The position numbers and the translations under genes were made by a program. From the human T2T-CHM13v2.0 reference genome, Homo sapiens, in assembly GCF_009914755.1 (NCBI RefSeq), contig NC_060925.1: a stretch of 64,000 nt of DNA; one strand, written 5' to 3'. Numbering within the stretch: position 1 is the first letter of the stretch; each line of letters begins with the position of its first letter. The notes beneath the pieces were generated by a model. It worked only from the letters and a program-made list of their open reading frames with translations, had not been told where the DNA came from and did not search any database. Below, in pieces: positions 31,422-52,904 of the stretch.

Positions 31422-32493
31422 TAGTCCTAAAGTCATTATCTTATTTAATGGAAAAGCATTAGGGATGTTTCTACTAACATCAGAAGCAAGACATAAATAT
31501 CTATTATCTCTGCTGCTGTTAGAGATATTAGCCAGTGCAATTAGATAAGAGAAATCAGTGAAAGGCATAAGAGTGACTAAATGAGTGGTAAAACTATATT
31601 TGCAGATGATATAATAATGTATGTGGAAAATCCCAGAGAATCAATAATAAAACTAACTCAAACAATAAAATAATTTACTGAAGAACACGGATATAAAATT
31701 AACATAAAAATCAATAGCCTTCATACAAACAAACAGGGGACATAATGGTAGAGAAAACACCATTTAAATAGCATCAAAATATATGTATTTATGAATAAAT
31801 ATAAGTATTTATGAATAAATTTAATGAGGTATGAAAACCTATGCATGGAAAATGTCAAAACACTCCTAACAGACAGTAATAAAAACTTGAATAAAAGGAA
31901 AGACATTCCCAGGTTCTTGGATAGAATTATAGCTTTATGAAAATACCACTTCCCCCTAAGTTAATTTATAAATGTAATACAATTCCATCAAAATATGAAC
32001 AGGCTATTTTCTGGAGTTAGAGATTTTGATACTAAAGTTCATATAAAAAAAAAGATGGGTAGGAATGAGGTGGAAAACACTGAAAAAGAAAAGCTGTAGT
32101 GATTAGGCTTACCAGAAATTAAAACATTTGATAAAGCCTGGATAATTAAAACAGAGTGGTACTGGAGCACAGAGAAATAAAGAAGCCAGTGGAAGAGAAT
32201 AGTCCAGAATTAGACCAAAATACATATGGAAATTTAGTATATGACGAAAGTGGCATCTCAAATCACTAGGGTAAAACATACCATATAGCAGTATAAACTC
32301 CAAGTGGATTAGTGATGTAAATATAAAAACTAAAACCACATAGTATAGAAAATAAATGGCTACATTATTATTTAGCCTTGGTAAGAAAAAGCCTTTCTAA
32401 CTATGATTTAAAATCCAGCGGCAATTTTTTAAAAGATTAATAAATTTGACTGCATTTTTTTGTGTGATGAAAACCACCATAAACAAAATCAAA
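31422..32493 (+). mobile_element. Old L1M ORF2 (RT to C-terminal region) fragment
   Basis: tttgcagatgatata...gaaaatccc (FADD motif region) through aaaccaccataaacaaaatcaaa. Confidence 0.75.
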
Positions 32494-32560
32494 GAACTAT
32501 GATCATACCACTGCACTCCAGCCTGGAAGACGCAGTGAGACCCCATCTCTAAAAAAGTTT
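32494..32560 (+). mobile_element. Decapitated Alu 3' end (~65 bp)
   Basis: gaactatgatcataccactgcactccagcctgg...gtgagaccccatctctaaaaaa with no upstream Alu body. Confidence 0.8.
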
Positions 32561-32569
32561 TTTAAAAAA

Positions 32570-38510
<5,941 letters not shown>

Positions 38511-38770
38511 AGGATAACTAGACATTGAAACCAACACAAATGACCAGCCTGAAGAAGGAAGTCAGCTGGAGCTGGAGTGAGGGGAACTCGTCAGGTGGGC
38601 TGAAGGTGGAAAAACAGAAGAGATTTGATAGAATCTGGACAGTGAGAGTTTGGAGTGATAACCAGATAAAAAGACTCCAAAGAAAGTTCCTCTCCCTGCC
38701 AGTTCACAATTCTATAATTCCAGCCATGCACTCCTAACCACTGTCAAAGTTTTCTTGTGCTCCTTCCTGA

Positions 38771-39150
<380 letters not shown>

Positions 39151-39452
39151 ACTCTATACTACTTTTATAATTAAGAAAAAACAAGAAAAATAGTTTTAGC
39201 TGGAACAAAGAAAACAAACAAATCACAGAGACAAGGTTCATAAGAGAGAATTCCAAACGATGTGCCCAAGCTCCTATGAGGACTTTAGCAACAAGAAAAG
39301 GAACATGAGGGTGATTGTCCCGTCCTCTGCCTTCCTGACCACTGTCAGGGCTGGCCCACCCTCTGGGGATGCAGAGTGTGGATCCAGAGATCTCATGGGT
39401 GGAAGCCACTCTCACAGCTCTCAGGGAGCCCCCGACAGCCAAGGGGACGTAC

Positions 39453-39683
39453 CTCGGAGTTGGCAGGCACCACAAACTGGGAGGGCAGGGCGATGTCGGG
39501 CATCTGGCATTCTGTGGAGAAGGTCACCGAGTAGGGCAGAGGGTTCTCCAACTTGATGGAGGCTGACGCAACTTGCCGGACTGGGGTCACCATCTCGATG
39601 GTTTTGATGATGCCTGAAGGGATGACCCTGAAACTCACATTGTAGTACAAGAACTCATTTGTCACCTCGTTTCGGAAGATCAC
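39453..39683 (-). CDS. HYDIN2: Last HYDIN-like exon present (231 nt): VIFRNEVTNEFLYYNVSFRVIPSGIIKTIEMVTPVRQVASASIKLENPLPYSVTFSTECQMPDIALPSQFVVPANSE
   Basis: Acceptor tgcag|GTG, donor GAG|gtacgt; within ORF 39393..39689. Confidence 0.93.
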
Positions 39684-40024
39684 CTGCATTCACGGGGAGA
39701 GAGGGAGGAAGGAGGGAAGAGTAGGGGTGAGCCGAGGGTCCTCTGCACATTTTCAGAGCCTCCTTCTCTTTTTTAGCATTGTTTGGCACATGAAGCACAG
39801 GTACCAGGCTGACAGGACGCTCGCAGCCTATCCGGATCCCTGCCAGCCAGACTTTCTAGTTAGGGATTCCGGCTCCTCCCAGATGAGAGATTATTAAATA
39901 GCCTGGGCTTGCTTTAGAAGAGGCTAGATAGAGCAGGACTGTCCAACGCCAGCACTTCCCTGGTGGGGACAGCTGGCCGGCTCTGGAAAACAAGCGAGAC
40001 CTCTGAGGTAACTTTCAACGGTCT

Positions 40025-40091
40025 TTCTTTTCCTTCCTTCCTTCCTTCCTTCCTTCCTTCCTTCCCTCCCTCCCTCCCTCCCTCCTCCTCT

Positions 40092-40143
<52 letters not shown>

Positions 40144-40468
40144 TTTCTTTCTTTCTTTCTTTTTCTTTCTTTCTTTCTTTCTTTCTTGAGAAGGAGTCTC
40201 ACTCTGTTACCCAGGCTGGAGTGCAATGGCATGACTCGGCTCACTGCAACTCCCACCTTCCGGGTTCAAGTGATTCTCCTGCATCAGCCTCACAAGTAGC
40301 TGGGATTACAGGCGCCTGCCACCATGCCTGGCTAATTTTTGCAGTTTTAGTAGAGACGGGGTTTCATCATGTTGGCCAGGCTGGTCCTGAACTCCTGACC
40401 TCGAGTGATCTGTCCGTGTTGGCCTCCCAAAGTGCTAGGATTATAGGTGTGAGCCACAGTGCCTGGCC
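40025..40468 (-). mobile_element. AluS whose tail has expanded into a compound (GAAA)n/(GGGA)n/(GGAA)n microsatellite (40025-40186)
   Basis: Alu 40185-40468; degenerate TSD caacggtctttc / caatgggctttc. Confidence 0.88.
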
Positions 40469-41022
40469 ACAATGGGCTTTCTTCCTATTCCTGTTGCTGC
40501 TGGGATAGTTTAAAAACAACAATAGCATCTGACACTTAATTAATGATTACTGTATGCCAGGCAATAAATAGAAATGCTTAATTAGTTAATTCACACAATT
40601 CGTAGGCACTGTTATTATGCCACTTAACCTTTTAAAATTCAATTTAATTTAATTTAATTTAATTTAATTTTTATTTTGTAAAGATGAGGGAACTGAGGCT
40701 TCGCAAACTCAAGTATCTTGCCCAAGGTCACACATAAAGAAGAGTCAGGACCAAGATTTGAACCCAGGTTAGACTGACTCCAGAGCTCACACTTGTAACG
40801 ACACTATACTGTCCCTTCACCCCTGCAACGGACTTCTTGTGCTGCTCACCTCTTTAAGTTCTTTTCCCTGGTGACTGATAATGTTCAGCATCTTCTCGTG
40901 TTTTTATTGGTCATTCACATAGCTGCTTTTATGCAATAGGGTCTATTCAAGTGGTTTGTCCTTTGTAACACATTGGGTTGTTTTATCTTATTATTATTAG
41001 GTGTTAATAGTTCTTTATATAG

Positions 41023-42299
<1,277 letters not shown>

Positions 42300-43254
42300 T
42301 GACAATGGATGCTTCCTGGTCCCTACCTCACACTTAATAATAACCTTGCCTTAGCATCACTTCATTTGCCTGTCCACCCCATCTTTTGTGCTTTTGTTAT
42401 CATATCTTTTATTTCTATATACATAAGAACATCCACCTTAGAATGTTATTATATTTGTTATAAACTGTCAGTAATCTTTTAAGAAATCCAAAAAAAAACC
42501 CTCCAAATATATATTTTGCATTTCCCTAGGTATTGACCATTTCTAGAGCCCCTCTTTTCTTCTTGCAGACTGGAGTTCCCATCTGGTATCATTTCCCTTC
42601 AGACTGAAGAAGATCTATTAACATGTTTTGCAGTAATGTAAATCTGCTGACAATGAATGTTCTCAGATTCTTTTATATGAAAATGTCTATTTCACTCTCA
42701 GTTTTAAAGGACATTTTTAGTGGATAAAGAATTTTTAGATGGACTGTTTCCTTTCCTTTCATCGCTTTACAGATAGCTTCCATTATTTCCTAGGTGAAGC
42801 CAGAACTCTAGGATAGCCATTGTTATCGCTGTCCCTCTTGCTGTAATATGTATTTTTTCCCCCTGGCTGCTTTAAGCTTTTCTCTTTATCTTTGTTTTTT
42901 GGCAGTTTGAAAATGAAACGATGCCTGATGTGTACAGGCATAGTTTTCTTTGTATTTCTCCTGCTTGAAGTTTGCCAAGTTTCTTGGATCTATAGTTTTT
43001 TTTAAAAAACTAATTTTTTAAAAAATATCCAATTAGGAAAATTTCAGTAATTATTTTTTCAAATACAGCTACACCTCCATTGATTGCACTTCACTTTATT
43101 GTACATTGCGGATATTGCATTTTTAAAAATAAATTGAAGGTTTGTGACAACCCTCTGTTGAACAAGTCTATTAGTACCATTTTTCCAACAGCATGTGCTC
43201 ACTTTGTATCTCCATGTCACATTTAGGTAATTCATATTTGAACATTTTCCATTA

Positions 43255-43385
43255 TTTTTATTTTTCATAAATATGGGGTCTGACTGTGTTTCCCAGGCTG
43301 GTCTTGAACTCCTGACTTCAAGCAATTCTCCTGCCTTGGTCTCTCAAAGTGTTGGGATTATGGGCATGAGCCACCATGCCTTGTT
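43255..43385 (-). mobile_element. FLAM-type Alu monomer nested in Tigger1
   Basis: Single left-arm monomer. Confidence 0.75.
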
Positions 43386-43439
43386 GTTTCATTTTTTTGG
43401 TATCTGTTATGATGATATGTGATCAGTGATTTTGGATAT

Positions 43440-43799
43440 TGATATAGCTTGGCTTTGTGTCCCCACCCAAATCTCATCTTGAATTGTAATCCCCACATGT
43501 CAAGGGAGAGACCTGGTGGGAGGTGATTGGATCATGGGGGTGATTTCCCCCATGCTGTTCTCATGACAGTGAGTGAGTTCTCAGGACATCTGATGGTTTT
43601 ATAAGGGGCTCTTTCTGTTTGCTCACCACTCTCTCTTGCCTGCCACCATGTGAGATGTGCCTCTTCCCCTTTTGTCATGATTGTAAGTCTCCTGAGGCCT
43701 CCCCAGCCCTGTGGAACTGTGAGTTAATTAAACCTCTTTTCTTTAGAAATTACCCAGTCTTTGGTATGCTTTATAGCACTGTGAAAATGGACTAATACA
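43440..43799 (+). mobile_element. THE1/MST (MaLR) solo LTR nested in Tigger1
   Basis: tgatatagcttggctttgtgtccccacccaaatctcatc...attaaacctc...gaaaatggactaataca; degenerate 5-bp TSD gatat/aatgt. Confidence 0.9.
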
Positions 43800-46700
43800 A
43801 ATGTTACTATTGTAATTGTTTTGGGGTGCTATAAACTGTGCCATACAAGATGGTGAACTTAATCAGTAAATGTTGTGTGTGTTTGGACTGCTCCACTGCC
43901 TGCCTATTCCCTCATCTCTATCCCTTCCTCGGGCCTCCCTATTCCTTGAGACATAACAACATTGAAATTAGGCAAATTAATAACCCTATAATGGCATCTA
44001 AGTTAAAGTGAAAGGAAGTGTCACGTGGCTCTCACATTAAGTCAAAAGCTAGAAATGATTAAGCTTAGTGAGGAAGACATGTCAAAACCCGAGGTAGGCA
44101 GAAATCTAGGCCTCGTGCACCAAACACTTAGCCAAATGAAGAATGCAAAGGAAAAGTTCTTAAAGGAAATTAAAAGAGCTACTCCAGTGAACTCACCAAT
44201 AATAATTATATAATAAGAATTATTGCTGATATGGATAAAGCATTAGTGGTCTGGATAGAAAATCAAACGAGTTATAGCATTCCCTTAAGCCAAAGCCTAA
44301 TCCAGAACAAGGATCTAACTCTCTTGAATTCTATGAAGGCTGAAGAAGTAAGGAAACTGAAGAAAAAAGTTTGAAGCCAGCAGATGTTGGTTCATAAGGT
44401 TTACGTAAAGAAGCTGTTGCCATAACATAAAAATATAAGGTGAAGCAGCAGGTGCTGACGTAGATGCTGCAGCAAGTTATCCAAAAGATCTAGCTAAGAT
44501 AATTGTTAAAGGTAGCTACACTGAACGACAGATTTTCAATGCAGATAAGCCAGCTTTCTATTGGAAGATGTCATTTAGGACTTTCATAGCTAGAGAAGAG
44601 AAATCAATGCCTGGCTTCAAAGTTTCAAAGGACAGGCTGACTCTTGTTCAGGGCAAATGCACCTGGTGACTTTCAGTTGAAGCCAATGCTCACTGACTAT
44701 TCTGAAAATCTTAAGGCCTTTAAGAATTATGTTAAATCTACTCTGCCTATGCTCTAGAAATGGAACAACAAATCCTGGATGACAGCCCATCTGATTTCTA
44801 ATTACAGGGTGGCTTACTGAATATTTTAAGCCCACTGTTGAGACCTACTGCTCAGAAAATAGATTCCTTTCAAAATATTACTTCTCTTTAATAATGCACC
44901 TGGACACCCAGGAGCTCTGATGGAACTGTACAGGAGATGAATGTTGTTTTCATGCCTGCTAACACAACATCTATTCTGCAGCCCACAGATGAAGGAGTCA
45001 TTTTGACTTTCAAGTCTTGTTATTTAAGAAATACATTTCATAGGGCAATAGTTGCCATAGATAATGATTCTTCTGATGGGTCTGGGCAAGGTAAACTGAA
45101 AACCTTCTGGAAAGGATTTGCCATTCTAGATGCCATTAAGAACATCTGTGATTCACTGGAGAAGGTCAAACCCTCATGTATGCCTTTGAGGAGTTCAAGA
45201 CTTCAGTAACTTGAAAAGTAGAGGAAGTAACTGTAGATGTAGCAGAAATAGCAAGAGAACTAGAATTAGAGGTGGAGCTTGAAGATATGACTGAATTGCT
45301 ACAATCTCATTATAAAACTTGAATGAATGTTGAGTTGCTTCTTATGGATGAGCAAAGGAAGTGGTTTCTCAAGATGGGATTTATTCATGGTGAAGATGCC
45401 ATGAACATTGTTGAAATGACAACAAAGGATTTAGAATATTCACAAACTTAATTGATAAAGCAGCAGCAGGATTTGAGAGGACTGACTCCGATTTTGAAAG
45501 AAGTTATATTGTGGGTAAAATGCTTTCAAACAGCATCACATGTTACAGAGTAATTTTTCTTGAAAGGAAGAGTTAATTTATATGGCAAATTTCATTGTTG
45601 TCTAATTTTAGGAAATTGCCACAGTCACCCCCACCTTCAGTAACCACCACCCTGATCAGTCAGCAGCCATCAACATCGAGGCAAGACCCTCCACCAGCAT
45701 AAAGATTATGACTCGCTGAAGGCTCAGATGATCATTAGGATTTTTAAGCAAATAAGTAATTTATAATTCAGGTATGCACGTTACTTTTAAAGACCTAATG
45801 TTATTGTACACTTAATAGACTACAGTACAATGTAAACATAACCTTTATATGTACCAGGAAACAAAAAATATTGTGACTCACTTTATTGCATTATTAGCTT
45901 TGTCATGGTGGCCTGGAACCAAACCCACAGTACTTCTGAGGTATGTCTGTAATTTAATTTTCTGCCTCATTCACATTCTCTCTCATTCTCTTCTTCCCAG
46001 AGAATGTTATGTTATGTTTAGAACAGTTGCTGTGAAGTCTGCCTGCTAAATCCAACATCTGGCCCGTCTTGGAGTCAGTTTCCATTGACTGCTTTTTTTT
46101 CTTGACTATGGATCCCATTTTTCTGCTTCTCCACAGGTCTAGTAATTTTTATTTGTCTACTGGACAATGCTGATGATCATTGTAGAGATTCTGGATTCTG
46201 TTGTCTTCCTTTTAACAGTGTTGATTTTGTTGTAGGAGGTAGTTGAATCACTGACTTAAATTTGTGTGGGTTTGGTTTTATGCTTTGTTAGAGCACATCC
46301 GTGTAAAGCTCAAGGTATTTATCAGGACCTTCTGACTTGCTGGGATTCAATCTCCAGATTTTGTCCTCCCTGTAGAACTTGCAGGTGCTTAGTTGTAGGC
46401 TTTTTTAAAGGGCTGATAAAGAGAAGGCCTTATACTAAGGGAATGGCCCTTTCTCCTAAGTCTTTCTTCTGGCTTTTCTAGTATTTTAGCTGGGTTCTCA
46501 GGATTTTAATGAGGTATTAATGCAATCTCTTTCCTTTGGCTGGGCCAGACCTCTAATGTTCCCCAGCACTGATTAACACATAGTATTGCTATTCCTTTAT
46601 CAACCACATAGCAGCTGCTCCCTGGTAAATCTCATGTTGTCTCACCCTGCACATGTGCAACTCTTAGCCAAGGATAGTGAAGGGAACGCTCATGCTGTCT

Positions 46701-47475
46701 TCTGACCTGTCCTCTTTACTCATGCACTGGTCCCTTCTCTCTGGTGTCCTACCCTGTAGAGACTAGCCTTTTTGACTGTCCCAAACTCTGATTTCTGCCT
46801 CCTCAGCTCCTTGGCGGCTGCTGTGCTTTGCTTGGACTCTAGCTCACTGAATTGTAGTCAGGAAATTGTCCTTAGGCAGAGAACCAGGATAATCATGGGG
46901 ATTCGTCATGAGTTTTCCTTCCTTTTCGAGGATTGCAGTATTGTGCTGCCTGTTGTCCAATGCCTGAGAAAAGTTGCCTCAGAGATTTTGTTGAGTTTTA
47001 TATGTTTTTTTTTTTAGTGGGAGGAGTATAAAATGGAGTATTATAATCATTATAACCAGAAGCAGAAATGCTTTTTATTCTTTGAAAAATGTTTGTTATT
47101 ATTTTTAATTTCAATATGTATTACTGTAAGGAGACTGGTGATTTGGGTTCACTCTGTCATTTTTACTCCAAAGTCTTTTCACTTATATTTTTACATATCT
47201 TTATTTTGTTTACATGTACAGTTTATGAATATCTCTATTCTCTTCCTACTCTTCTCTCTGAATGAGAAACCTTCTCTTATTTCCCCCATTCAATTCCTCC
47301 AGAACGAGGAAATGCTTCTCATTGCCTTATTTTATTCTTCCCCTTGCTATTTTCTATGTTCAGGTCATATGAAATATTTATCTTAGATTGTCTTTCAACA
47401 GTTGTTTAAAATTACCTATCAATTTAATTTTGATTATTTGCTTATTATATCCTTGTACTTTCCTCTTTGATTCAC

Positions 47476-48003
47476 TTTTTTTTTTTTTTGAGACAGGATC
47501 TTGCTCTGTTGCCCAGGCTGGAGTGCAGTGGTGTGATCTCGGCTCACTGCAACCTCTGCCTCCTGGGTTCAAGCAATTCTCTTGCCTCAATATGGGGTTT
47601 CACCATGTTGGCTAGGCTGGTCTTGAACTCCTAACCTCAAGTGATCCACCCACCTCAGCCTCCCAAAGTGCTGGAATTACAGGCATGAGCCACTGCACAT
47701 GGCTCACTTACTTATTTTTTAAGCTTTGCTAATTCAGAAAGTTTTAATTTTGTATTTATTTTCAGATAGAATTTGTGCGTATGGGTGGGTTACTTTTTTT
47801 TTTCTTTTTTTGGAGACACAGTTTTGTTCTGTTGCCCAGGTGGAGTGCAGTGGTGTCACCTCAGCTCACTGCAACCTCAATCTCCTGGGCTCAATCAGTC
47901 CTCCTACCTCAGCCTCCTGAGTAGCTGAGACTATAGGCACGTGCCAGCCCACCTTGGCCTCCCAAAGTGTTGGGATTACAGACGTGAGCCACTGTGCCTG
48001 GCC
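47476..48003 (-). mobile_element. Two internally deleted antisense Alus (47476-47705, 47795-48003)
   Basis: Alu ends present, central segments missing. Confidence 0.8.
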
Positions 48004-48469
48004 CTGGGTCAGTTACTTTGAGTCCTTGCATGTCCAAGTTTTGCTGTCATAAGAGTTTTGTCTGGAAAAAGAGTTCTAGACTGACAATCATTCTCACTCT
48101 GAAATTTGGATAGCTTATTCCATTATCTTCTGGTATTTGGTGTTGCCACAAGAAGTCTTATGTTACCATGATTATTAGTTCCTTTTATTTCCTCTAGAAT
48201 CATTTAGGACTTTCTCTTTCATCCCGGTTTTCTGAAACGTTGCTCTAATGTATTTAGATGTGAGTATTTTTTTCATTCACCCTGTTTGGCAACTTGATGG
48301 ACCCATTCGATTAGAAGACTTGATCTTCTTAAAAAGCCCTGGAAATATTTCTTCAGTTATTTTGTTGAATACTTTCTTCCTTCCAGTATCTTGTTTCTCT
48401 TTCAGGAGCTCCTATTACATATATATTAGAACTTCTTGATTTATACATTGTCTCATATTTCCTTTCATT

Positions 48470-49185
48470 CTGTTTTTGAAACAGCTTTATTGAGATATAA
48501 CTCACATACCATACAATCCCTCATTTAAAGTGTTCTATTTAGTGGTTTGTAGTATATTCACAAGGCAGCGTAGCCATCACCACAATAAACTTTAGAACAT
48601 TTTCATAATCCCTAAAACCCTATAACCATTAAGTCACTCCCCTTTTCCCCAACCCATCCTCTCCAGCCCTTGGTACCATGAATCAACTTTCTGTTTCTGT
48701 AGATTGGCTTATTCTTCAAATTTCATACACCCGGAGTCATACAATATGTGAATGGCTTCTTTCACCTATATTTCAAAGCATACATTCACTTTCATTTCAA
48801 ATCATACATTTGTTACTGGCTTCATTCACTTAGCATAATGTTTTATAGCAGGTATCAATATTTTATTTCCATTTCTTTTTATTGTCAAATTCCATTCTAT
48901 TTATACACTTACCAGTTCATCGAAATTTGGGTTGTCTCTACGTTTTGGCTCTTATAAATAATGCTGCTATGAATATTTGTGTATAGATTTTTGTGTGCAC
49001 ATATGTTTTCATTTCTCTAGGGTATTACCTAGGAGTTAAATTGGTGAATCATATGGTAACTCTACGTTTAACCATTTGAGGAACTGCCAGACTGTTTTCC
49101 AGGGCAGCTGCACCATGTTATACTCCCACCTGCAGTGTATGAGGGTCCCAATTTCTCCACATCCTTGCTGATGCTTGTTATTATT
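48470..49185 (-). mobile_element. L1MB-type 3' end
   Basis: acagctttattgagatataactcacataccataca...; gaggaactgccagactgttttcc. Confidence 0.85.
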
Positions 49186-49649
49186 TCATTTCATTCCATT
49201 TCTTTGTCCTCAAGGGCTAAGGTCTGGTGATATTACTCAGCTCCATCTTGTAACTTATTAGTAATCTCCATTATAAAGTCCATCCCTCCTGCATGGTTTT
49301 CTAAATATTTTATTTTTCATTTCTAGAGTCTCTAATTGGTTCTTTTTCACAATAGCTTATCCTTATTTCATGAGTATGATTTTCTCCCTTTGGGGATATA
49401 AATAATATTCACTTAAAGTTTTCTGTTTGCTTTAATAACTCTTTCTTTTCAGAGGTGATTTACTCATTTATTGAGTAGGTATTTCTATTTTATGGTAACT
49501 TTTTTTAGATGTTTCATGATGTCTTGTTTTGAGGTTCTCTTAAAATCTTGTCTGTCTGTGAATGCTGATCTGATGAGATGTGATTGGAGCATCCTACTCA
49601 GTTATTGTAGAAAAGGAGATCTCACACTGCTGGATGCGTCTTGCCAGCA

Positions 49650-49690
<41 letters not shown>
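49650..49690. repeat. (CT)n(GT)n compound microsatellite
   Basis: Direct observation. Confidence 0.9.
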
Positions 49691-50194
49691 TCCTAGATAC
49701 TTTCTTTTTTTCTTTTTCTTTTTACTTTAAAATGTTTCCCCAAGTGATTCTATCCCACATCTTAGCTCCAAATGCTATCTATAAATGAAAAATTCCCAAA
49801 TGTTATCTTTAGTCCCGACCTCTCCCATGAGCTACAGATCCACACATGCTCCTTTTCTTCAAAGCACTTATCTCATTTTGTAATTATACATCCATAGTGC
49901 AATTATTTGAGCAATGCCCATCTCTCTCCACTAGACTGTGTGTTCTGTGAGAACAGAGATTGTGCCTATTCAGGTCGCTGATGTGTTACCAGCAATCAGT
50001 ATAGTACATGGCATATGTGCTCAATAGATACTTGTTAAACCACTGAATGAATGAGGTGAAACAACTCATGTGTGAGAGACCCTGTGATGTCTTGGAGCAG
50101 TGACTATGGGGGCCATCTTTACTTGCTAACACCAGGATCAAACTCAGGGTCAAATGTCCTGAGTTCCAGGGTGGTGCCTTTGCTATGTAGATAC

Positions 50195-50345
50195 CTTTGC
50201 AGCGTACGTTCCCTCCTTGTGGGAAAAGAAGTTCAGCTTGTAGTCTTTCTTAGAGCCAGACAGTACATCAATGTAATCAAGGCCCTTCATAGTGATGCTT
50301 AGGTCCGGCTTCTCTGGTTTCAGTATTTCCACGATGACCCGGAAT
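50195..50345 (-). CDS. HYDIN2: HYDIN-like exon (151 nt): (R)FRVIVEILKPEKPDLSITMKGLDYIDVLSGSKKDYKLNFFSHKEGTYAAK
   Basis: Acceptor ccccag|A, donor AAG|gtatct; manual translation; phase 2/0 fits both neighbours. Confidence 0.92.
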
Positions 50346-51199
50346 CTGGGGCAGCATAGGAGAACACAAGAGGGGAGAGGAAATGAGACCGTTAACCCAT
50401 AGGAAAAAAGGAGAAGTGCCAGCTGTACTCTTGATTTTATGGGAAGTGCATGGCTCCAGGGTTCTAGTCTTCACCCTGTCACTAACAATAATGGGAACTG
50501 CCATTTACTGGCCACCTATTATGTGCCAGGGACTGAGTGAGTGGCCTGTGTGTTACAGGCATTAATCCTTGCAGTATCTGTAGGAGGTATTAATACATAT
50601 CACTATCATGTCCACATCACTAAATACAGGCCAAGAGAAGGAAGATAAGATGCTCCAAGAGAAGGAAGGTAAGATGACTGGTTACTGGCAGAACCAGGAT
50701 TCAAATTTAGGTCAGGCCTTTACCCACTATGCTAAGCAGGAAGCCTTCAGTACATTGTGCCTGGTCTCCCAGTCTAGAGTTCCTTCTCTGTAAAAGAAGG
50801 GGACCATGCTTGTTGGCCTTGAGCTTTCCTGGTGCCCGATTTCCACTCTGCTCCTACTGCAAGGACAAGATCCAAGGACTTGCTTCTCTGGCCAGTGGCT
50901 TAGGTGATAAGACAGAACACTCAGCAATAACAGTGGTAATTATCATTATGATAATAACGGCTAACATTTATCGAATGGTTATTTTGTGCCAGGAAACTTA
51001 CAAGTAACTAAGCACAGAAAAGAGAATCTCGCTAGAGGCTTAGTGTTCAGGAAATGCCTGGTCACATCAGGGAACTTTGTCTCTAACTCCTCGAGCCCCT
51101 CAACATCCTCTAGAGGTCCTAAGTAGGGGAAGGACCAGGCTAGATGGTGAAAGTCCTCCTTTCATCTCCCCACCCAGCCCCCTAGCCCCACCCCCTTAC

Positions 51200-51363
51200 C
51201 TCTGGGGCTTGTTCAGCCAGTTGGTGATTGGCAGAAGCTCAGTGTAGGGGGTCTTACATGGCACTTCACGATAGATATTGGCTACAGCTTTGGGGAGCTC
51301 AGAAGTCCCATGCAGAGCATACAGCCAGCCGGTCCCATCTGGGAGGGGGAAGAAGAGGGTGCC
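51200..51363 (-). CDS. HYDIN2: HYDIN-like exon (164 nt): GTLFFPLPDGTGWLYALHGTSELPKAVANIYREVPCKTPYTELLPITNWLNKPQ+AG
   Basis: Acceptor tccttag|GGC, donor AG|gtaagg; manual translation. Confidence 0.92.
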
Positions 51364-52168
51364 CTAAGGAGAAGAAGGATGTGATCAGAATGACACACAG
51401 CATTCTTTACTAGGTACTTATTGGACATGTAGAGACCCAGGATTAATGGAGGATAATGGAGGCTCTGGAAAGAAACATAATACTTTTGAAGACATCTTGG
51501 TGATATAGTTCAGGAGATAGAAAAATGTTCATATGTATCCGAGCCAGGAATCCTATCCCAGAGAGCCTATTGAAGAAAAATCCCTCCAAAGAAAAAAGTT
51601 ATGCATATATATAAGAACCAGTTATAATGTTGATGAAAATTTGTAGATAAACATTCAACAAATGGGACTGTAAAACAAATTGTGGAATTCTCATTCAGTG
51701 AAATATTGGGCAGTTATTAAAAAATAATTATCATAAAGACCGCATAGTTAAATAGAAAAATGCTACTGCTATACCGTAAAGTGAAAACAAACTGAATGTA
51801 AAATTGGGTATGTTATGATGATAGTTATGGCTGTATCTGAATAAGGATTGGTAGTGAAGATAGAAAAGAAAAGTTCATTTTTTAATAGGGTGGAATATTG
51901 TGGCCACTTTTTTTTTGTTTTGTTACAGTCACCATTATGTTATTTATGCAATTAAGTGAAACATTAATTACTTGATGCTTGGTCTGGACTCCATTTCAGA
52001 ACTGAGCCCCTGGCTCTACGAGAATCCCTGTACATTAAAATAAAAAATGAAAAAAGGAAGCCAAAGCTTGATAATCTGCACAATTCCCAAATCCTCACTA
52101 TTCCAACATGATCTGGGTGTTCCCCATCTAACATTCTCTGAGCTCTCAGCTTCCAAAGTGTTTTTTAA

Positions 52169-52481
<313 letters not shown>

Positions 52482-52552
52482 TAACCTCATTCACATAGTG
52501 CCACCTTCAACTATGCCAGGAAACCAATGGGGGTGGGGGGACCTCAGCCTAC

Positions 52553-52765
52553 CTGGTGCTTGCGGTTCTCCAAGTTCATGGTGCGGGGCCTGTAGGTGAT
52601 CTCATAGGGCTTGTTTTGCTGGTGGGCCTCCAGGGTGATGAACTCAGGCCCCTCCCAGTGCTCGCCCTCAAAGATGGGGTGCAGATTCCAGGTCTGGTTG
52701 GTGCGGTTTGACAGCAGGATGGTCTGCGTGTGCTTGGAGCGCACCTGGCACATGAAATTCACTAC
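52553..52765 (-). CDS. HYDIN2: HYDIN-like exon (213 nt): VVNFMCQVRSKHTQTILLSNRTNQTWNLHPIFEGEHWEGPEFITLEAHQQNKPYEITYRPRTMNLENRKHQ
   Basis: Acceptor ttccag|GTA, donor CAG|gtaggc; within ORF 52544..52912. Confidence 0.93.
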
Positions 52766-52904
52766 CTGGAAGAAAGCAGGCACCTCATCTTCCATGGCAC
52801 TTCCCCCTGGTCCGTCTCCAGGGCCAGAAGTACAGAACGTGCGCTGGGGAAGACTGACTTTGTCAGTGCTTCCCATCATGAGTTTCAGTGGGTCCATTTC
52901 TTTT

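Larger units (their letters stand above)
43066..45949 (+). mobile_element. Full-length Tigger1 (TcMar/pogo) DNA transposon, transposase decayed
   Basis: TA|cagctacacctc ... gaggtatgtctg|TA termini; HTH remnant ([15 protein letters not shown], 44025..44213) and DDE remnant ([20 protein letters not shown], 44937..45209). Confidence 0.93.

Noticed and set aside
39924-40508. ORFs rich in KERK / SFFL repeats (110 and 181 aa)
   Set aside because: Read-through of the (GAAA)n microsatellite and adjacent Alu
44025-45209. Possible domesticated TIGD-like transposase gene
   Set aside because: Frame broken by stops and frameshifts; it is a decayed Tigger1 copy
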